DNA of 32,000 nt, from assembly GCA_005191425.1 (NCBI GenBank), contig SUPR01000008.1, positions 25,590 to 57,589 of the forward strand, in the 5' to 3' direction. Below are positions 26,705-32,000 of the stretch, piece by piece. Numbering within the stretch: position 1 is the first letter of the stretch; each line of letters starts with the position of its first letter. A model generated the notes under the pieces. The model was given only the letters and a program-made list of their open reading frames with translations, was not told where the DNA came from and ran no database searches. A program made the translations under genes and the position numbers. The DNA comes from Candidatus Helarchaeota ASGARD archaeon Hel_GB_B (lineage in GTDB: Archaea; Asgardarchaeota; Lokiarchaeia; Helarchaeales; HEL-GB-B).

Positions 26705-26783
26705 AAAATATATATTTTATATATAATCAATATGAAATTTTTTTAATATATATATTTATAATATAATATATATTTATAATATA
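26705..26783. promoter_or_regulatory. Divergent promoter region: palindrome AAAATATATATTTT and an 18-bp perfect tandem repeat ATATATATTTATAATATA x2 containing TATA-like TTTATAAT
   Basis: Palindrome at 26705-26718; repeat units at 26748-26765 and 26766-26783. The second TATA-like box lies about 35 bp upstream of the phoU ATG. Low complexity limits certainty. Confidence 0.45.
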
Positions 26784-26813
26784 ACTCAAAATAAACAAAT
26801 CTAGTGAATTATA

Positions 26814-27806
26814 ATGGAAACAAGAAAAGTTCAAATTACTGGTGGGTCATCTTATATTATCAGTTTACCAAAAGAGTGGATTAATAAAAATAAAATACAT
26901 CCTAAAGATGCATTAAATTTAATAATACAAGAAGATAAAATTCTACTAATACCACCTAAAAAATTTAAAAAACTTAATTTTAGAGAAAAAGTAATCAATT
27001 TAGAGGATATAGAAGGTGCATCATATCTATTTCGGTTATTAATTGGTGTGTATATGATGGGATATTCTATGATAATTTTACAAGCAAAAAAGAGGATAAC
27101 AATCGAATACCGCGAGGTTATAAAAAAATTTGTAAATGACGCTATTGGACTGGAGATTATGGACGAGAGTCCCTATCAAATTAAAATCAAAGACCTATTA
27201 AATCCTGCAGAGATGCCTTTTGATACAATTACAAATCGTTTATATTTATTAGTAAAAAACATGCTTGATGATTCTCGAATTGCTTTAAATAACAAGGACA
27301 AAGACCTGTCTGAAAATATTGTAAAAAGGGATGATGATATTGACCGTTTGTATTGGTTAATTGCCCGTCAAAGTAATTTAATTCTTAAAAATTTAATAAT
27401 TTCTATTGAAGTAGGCATTGAAACAAAAAATGCAAATTTTTATTATTTTATTTCTAGAATTATTGAACGAATTGGTGATCATGCAGTTAATATTGCAAAA
27501 CATATCCCAATTATTATGGAACGCTTAAAAGAACCACAAATAAATAAAATAAATACAGCAATCCAAGCAGCTTCAGATATTTTTTCAAAAAGTATAAAAA
27601 TCTGGCAGGAAGAAAATATGACTGAAGCTAATCAGATCATCGATTCTGCTGGAAATTTGAATTCTATTTTAAATGAGATTAATAATTTCGCTATTAATAC
27701 AGAAAATGAGGTAGCAATTGCTCTTAACTATATAATAGAAAGTATTAGAAGAATCGCAGATTATTCAACTAATATATGCGAATTAACAATCAATTTTCTT
27801 GTTTAA
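26814..27806 (+). CDS. phoU: Archaeal phosphate uptake regulator PhoU with N-terminal AbrB/SpoVT DNA-binding domain
   Basis: METRKVQITGGSSYIISLPKEW (AbrB-type), then PhoU repeats DDDIDRLY, IERIGDHAVNI and IRRIADYSTNICE. Confidence 0.93.
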   Translation: METRKVQITGGSSYIISLPKEWINKNKIHPKDALNLIIQEDKILLIPPKKFKKLNFREKVINLEDIEGASYLFRLLIGVYMMGYSMIILQAKKRITIEYREVIKKFVNDAIGLEIMDESPYQIKIKDLLNPAEMPFDTITNRLYLLVKNMLDDSRIALNNKDKDLSENIVKRDDDIDRLYWLIARQSNLILKNLIISIEVGIETKNANFYYFISRIIERIGDHAVNIAKHIPIIMERLKEPQINKINTAIQAASDIFSKSIKIWQEENMTEANQIIDSAGNLNSILNEINNFAINTENEVAIALNYIIESIRRIADYSTNICELTINFLV

Positions 27807-28091
27807 TTTTTTATTTCGTTGATATTTTCTTATTAGTAATTTTTTGAAATAATTCGAATAAATATTAAATGACTCAGCTGGATTTTAAAATAAAATTTTA
27901 ATGTTTAAAACCTATTTAATTAAATCCTATTCGACTTTAACTTATTTTTTATCCATAATAGTCCCAATTTTTTGCTTTTTTTAATTGAAAATATATTTAT
28001 TATAATTCAATTTTCTTTCTAATTGAAATATTTTAAATAACAATAGGCTTATTGGAAATATGTTCATATTATTTTCAGCAGGGTTTAAAAA

Positions 28092-29540
28092 ATGAAAAAT
28101 GACAATTTAAAAAAAGTAGATAGTGATGAAATTTATGACTGTATTATTATTGGCGGTGGTGCAGCAGGTTCTGCGTGTGCTGCCTTACTGTCGAAATGGG
28201 GCTTTAAAGTTATCTTGATTGAAAAAAGAGGGCACTTAGGCGGCAGAGCATCAACATTAAAAACTAATCTTGGATATAAGATTGATACCGGTGTTCATGG
28301 TATCCCATATTATGATATTGGGAGTTTAAAAAAGATCGAAAAAGAACTAGAAATCCAATTCGATTTAATAGATTACAGCCCTCTTCTAGCCTTTTATGAT
28401 GTAGAAGAAAAAATTTGTGTTGAAGTTAATGAATTTAATAATTCGTTTTTTAAAGAAATTAATAGAATTTGGTCTCCTAATAATGAATTTTTACACCTCT
28501 TAAATTTTTTACATAATGCAACTGAAGATGATGCGGAAAAATTAGATAATACAACTGTTAAGGACTTTATTCAACAATTTTCTCCAACTCATCAATTCTA
28601 TCAATTAATTAGAGCAATAAATGGCATGATAACTATTGAGCCTCACTTAGGTTCAGCTGGTGAATTTATTAGAAGTTTCTCAAAATTATTTTCCTCAAAA
28701 AGACCAATTACTTATCCAAAAAATGGGGGCATCCAATCCTTATCTGAGATTTTTGGTGAAATTTGTAGAGAAAATGGTGGTGAAATTTTACTTTTAAATA
28801 AAGTTACTGAGATTTTAATTGATAACAATAAAGTTATCGGCGTAAAATGTGAAAATAAAGTAAAAGATGATAGTCAAGAAATATTTGATATTTATTCACA
28901 TTCAGTTATAGTTACTATTCCACTTCAAAATTTATTTTCTATAATTTCAAAAGGTTTTTTTTCGGAAAATTTTGTAAATAAAGTAGATTCTCTAAAAGAC
29001 ATGCAATCTTGTGCCCAAGGTATTGCATTTACTTTTAAGAAAGAATTATTAAATGATTTCCCATGGGACCCTAAGTGTTGGGGCGCTATTATTTTTCAAC
29101 CTGGAAAGAAGCCAAGATATCTATCTGTACCGTCCGCTTTAGTTGATAATATTACACCTCCAGGAATGCATTACATGTTTTATGGGATAGTAGCAACACC
29201 CGAAGAATTGAAAGATAAAAAAGGGAGTCGGGCAAGATTAAAGGAATTGAAAAGAGAAATATATCAAATGTTTCCTAGATTAAAGGAATTGAAGCAATGG
29301 CAATTCGAAGGCTCAAGTGAGATGGTACTAGGGACTGCAAAACGAGTTGGTATGACTGGAAACTATAAACCAGGAAACAAGAATAATGAAATTGATGGAC
29401 TTTTTTTTGCAGGTGATACAGTTGGCGGAAATGGTCCTGGACTAGAATGCACTTTTGATAGTGCGTTAAAATGTTCTAAATTAGTGCTGAATTGGATTAA
29501 TAATAATTATAAGAAACTTAATGATAAATTAAAAAACTAA
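28092..29540 (+). CDS. FAD-dependent oxidoreductase, phytoene desaturase (COG1233)-like family
   Basis: Rossmann motif IIIGGGAAG, EKRGHLGGRA, YPKNGGIQSL and C-terminal GLFFAGD. Confidence 0.85.
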   Translation: MKNDNLKKVDSDEIYDCIIIGGGAAGSACAALLSKWGFKVILIEKRGHLGGRASTLKTNLGYKIDTGVHGIPYYDIGSLKKIEKELEIQFDLIDYSPLLAFYDVEEKICVEVNEFNNSFFKEINRIWSPNNEFLHLLNFLHNATEDDAEKLDNTTVKDFIQQFSPTHQFYQLIRAINGMITIEPHLGSAGEFIRSFSKLFSSKRPITYPKNGGIQSLSEIFGEICRENGGEILLLNKVTEILIDNNKVIGVKCENKVKDDSQEIFDIYSHSVIVTIPLQNLFSIISKGFFSENFVNKVDSLKDMQSCAQGIAFTFKKELLNDFPWDPKCWGAIIFQPGKKPRYLSVPSALVDNITPPGMHYMFYGIVATPEELKDKKGSRARLKELKREIYQMFPRLKELKQWQFEGSSEMVLGTAKRVGMTGNYKPGNKNNEIDGLFFAGDTVGGNGPGLECTFDSALKCSKLVLNWINNNYKKLNDKLKN

Positions 29541-29583
29541 TTATTACACTTAAATGGTATTAATCAAAAAAGAGGAATAAAGT

Positions 29584-30738
29584 TTGTCATTAGATCAAAT
29601 TAAAATTCCAACAATTTATTATGGTAGAGGGTCATTAAAACAATTAAAATATTTTAAACAAAAGAGAATTTTAATAGTAACAGATAATATCATTAATAAG
29701 TTGTATGGCGATAAAATTCAACGAATATTAAAGAATAAAGAATGTCTATTTTTTACTGAAGTCCTCCCGGATCCTCTAGATAAAATTATAATGAAGGGAG
29801 GTAATGTTGCCAAACAATTTTCTCCCGATTTAATTGTTGGAATTGGTGGTGGGTCGGTAATGGACTCTGCTAAAGGTATTTTCTTCTTATATGAGCGTCC
29901 TGATAAGTCCCTTTACGATATAAATCCTATCAATTATTTTAAATTGGGTAGAAAATCAAAATTAATTTTAATTCCTACCACAAGTGGCACTGGTGCTGAA
30001 CACACTGGGGCTATAATCGTCACAAAATCTGAAGGTAACCAGAAAACTGGGTTAATTTGTTTTGAACTCGTTCCATCTGCCGTTATTCTTGACCCCAAAT
30101 TACCTTTAAACATGCCCCCTAAATTAACTGCTTCTACTGGTATTGATGCTTTAGTTCATGCTATTGAAAGTTTTATAAACAAAATGAATAGCGATTTTAC
30201 AGCCCCATTTAATCTAAATTCTATCAAAACTCTTTTTAAATACCTCCCTATTGCGGTAAAAAATGGCAATAACGATATATTTGTTAGAGAAAAAGTCCAT
30301 TACGCTGCTTCAATGGCTGGCATCGCATTAGCAAACTCAGCAGCGGGTCTCGCTCATTCTTGTGGTCATTCATTAGGTAGTGTTTTTCATACGCAGCACG
30401 GAATCGCAGTAGGTTTAATGCTCCCATATATCATCGAATTCAATAAATCTCACTGTAATAACAAATATAAAACAATCCTAGAAACATTAAATGTAAATTA
30501 CGATGATCCCGCATCGAAATTGTCCAATACAATAAAAAGTCTGTTAAAGGAAATTGGTCTACCATTAACTATAAAAGAATTGGATATTTCAAAAAATGAT
30601 TTTGAATCAAATTTTGAAAAATTAACTGAATATGCTTATAATGATTTAGCAACAGGTTTAAATCCGCGATCTACAACAGAAAACGACATTAAAAAAATTT
30701 TTCATCATGCTTATAATGGACAAACAATTGATTTTTAA
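29584..30738 (+). CDS. Iron-containing (family III) alcohol dehydrogenase
   Basis: GGGSVMDSAK, PTTSGTGAE, GIDALVHAIE, HSCGHSLG and HGIAVG. TTG start with GAGG upstream. Confidence 0.95.
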   Translation: MSLDQIKIPTIYYGRGSLKQLKYFKQKRILIVTDNIINKLYGDKIQRILKNKECLFFTEVLPDPLDKIIMKGGNVAKQFSPDLIVGIGGGSVMDSAKGIFFLYERPDKSLYDINPINYFKLGRKSKLILIPTTSGTGAEHTGAIIVTKSEGNQKTGLICFELVPSAVILDPKLPLNMPPKLTASTGIDALVHAIESFINKMNSDFTAPFNLNSIKTLFKYLPIAVKNGNNDIFVREKVHYAASMAGIALANSAAGLAHSCGHSLGSVFHTQHGIAVGLMLPYIIEFNKSHCNNKYKTILETLNVNYDDPASKLSNTIKSLLKEIGLPLTIKELDISKNDFESNFEKLTEYAYNDLATGLNPRSTTENDIKKIFHHAYNGQTIDF

Positions 30739-30762
30739 TAAAGAAGTTTTCTTCTTAATATT

Positions 30763-31596
30763 TTAAATTAACGGATGGGCATAACAATATATACAAGCAT
30801 GTTTGCATATTTGATCACGATAATTTCCTATGTCTCTACTTTTAGTACAATTACAATTTTCTCTTGTTGGTGATTTTGCAATGCTACATTTTTCTTTAAA
30901 TAATCTTGATAATTTATTGCCATCAATACAACTTGACGGATAAACGTTATCAATTTGGGTCAAAAATGGTTTACAGCAACTATACATTTTAATATTATGA
31001 CTCTTACAATATTTAGCTAGCGGTTTTACTGTTTCTATTTTTTCTTTAATACTTGGGTCATAAAATTTAAGTCCATATTTTTTAGCCCTTGCTACACTTT
31101 TTTTATACCAATCTACAAAATTAAATACGCAATTATCAATGCCCAAATCACTGACTTTATCTATTATATAATAAAAGCTATCCAGATTATTAACCAACTC
31201 ATTATCCTCATACCAGAAAACAATAGGATCAAACCTATATTCAATGTATTCCGGCCCAAATTCATCAACAAGGTTTTCTAATTGAATTAATCGTTTATCT
31301 AAATTGATTACATTTGGTTCCCAAATAGACTCTGAATTGATTGTAAATATAAAAAACAAATTATAATCCGAAAATTCGGCAGTTTTTTGTAAAAATTTCC
31401 CGAAATCTTTAGACCAAAAAACAATTGAATGAACATCCGACTTTTTTAGCGATACACGGGTAATTTGACTTGGATAAAATGGGTTCTTTACCATAACATA
31501 TCCTTGGTTCAGTTTATCTATCATCCAATCCAGATAAAAAGCAGGTATGTCGGTTCTACGCGAAGCTGAAATAACTGTTCGCATTCTTTTTACCAT
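30763..31596 (-). CDS. DUF1848 family protein
   Basis: ISASRRTDIPAFY, IVFWSK, YRFDPI and C-terminal C.C..SRDIG.Y...CKHACIYCYA. Confidence 0.88.
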   Translation of the reverse strand: MVKRMRTVISASRRTDIPAFYLDWMIDKLNQGYVMVKNPFYPSQITRVSLKKSDVHSIVFWSKDFGKFLQKTAEFSDYNLFFIFTINSESIWEPNVINLDKRLIQLENLVDEFGPEYIEYRFDPIVFWYEDNELVNNLDSFYYIIDKVSDLGIDNCVFNFVDWYKKSVARAKKYGLKFYDPSIKEKIETVKPLAKYCKSHNIKMYSCCKPFLTQIDNVYPSSCIDGNKLSRLFKEKCSIAKSPTRENCNCTKSRDIGNYRDQICKHACIYCYAHPLI

Positions 31597-31778
31597 AGAC
31601 CTTACTTAAATAACATTTAATTTAATTTATTTTTCTTTTTAAATTGATATGACGCAAATTATTGCTTTTATTTAACTTTATTTCTTTTCAGTATCTAAAC
31701 AATTATATATAATCTGACTTGTCCACATCGAAATTAACATTTGATACGGTGATTTAAAAATATTACCAGATATATTAG

Positions 31779-32000
31779 TTATAATTGGTCTAAAATTTTA
31801 ATTCCTTCAACCCCAAAATCATATGCTTGCTGAATTGCTTCTTGAAGATAAGGAATATATTTATAATACTTTTTTGTTTCTTCTACTGTGCCATATTTTA
31901 AAGAAATCCATTTTTTATCTAACTCTGCCAGTTTCTTACGATATTGTGGACGTGATTCTTCTTGTATTTTATTAATTTCTCTAAAGATATTCTTGATTTC
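31779..32000 (-). CDS. C-terminal 73 aa of a gene entering from the right edge, product unknown
   Basis: Open frame EIKNIFREINKIQEESRPQYRKKLAELDKKW...AYDFGVEGIKILDQL* ending at TAA 31779-31781. Absent from the ORF track. Confidence 0.65.
   Translation of the reverse strand, partial: EIKNIFREINKIQEESRPQYRKKLAELDKKWISLKYGTVEETKKYYKYIPYLQEAIQQAYDFGVEGIKILDQL

Overview
AT-rich, gene-dense prokaryotic window with archaeal traits: an AbrB-fused PhoU, a DUF47/TIGR00153 gene, frequent TTG starts, GGTGA-like ribosome-binding sites and a surface protein rich in N-glycosylation sequons. The gene content suggests an anaerobic Asgard/Lokiarchaeia-type host (inference only). Four blocks are visible. (1) 0.2-12.9 kb: radical acyl-CoA chemistry, with three 2-hydroxyacyl-CoA dehydratase/benzoyl-CoA reductase-family subunit genes (one split by an in-frame TAA), two different ATP-dependent activators, and an SCP2-SCP2-FAD oxidase-FeS operon; a DMT transporter, a DEAD-box helicase and a TPR gene are interspersed. 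(2) 13.2-19.0 kb: a divergent GH94-like enzyme coupled to a UroD/MtaA-family methyltransferase, converging on a corrinoid protein plus a second methyltransferase. (3) 19.2-20.5 kb: an orphan zinc-ribbon gene flanked by tandem repeats. (4) 20.5-27.8 kb: a non-Pst ABC importer bracketed by two PhoU-fold genes, with complementary degenerate ATPase sites and an unannotated 39-aa membrane ORF. The window ends with an FAD oxidoreductase, an Fe-ADH, DUF1848 and a partial ORF. I saw no rRNA, tRNA, CRISPR array, transposase or integrase. Family calls come from motif recognition by eye; no database search was run.
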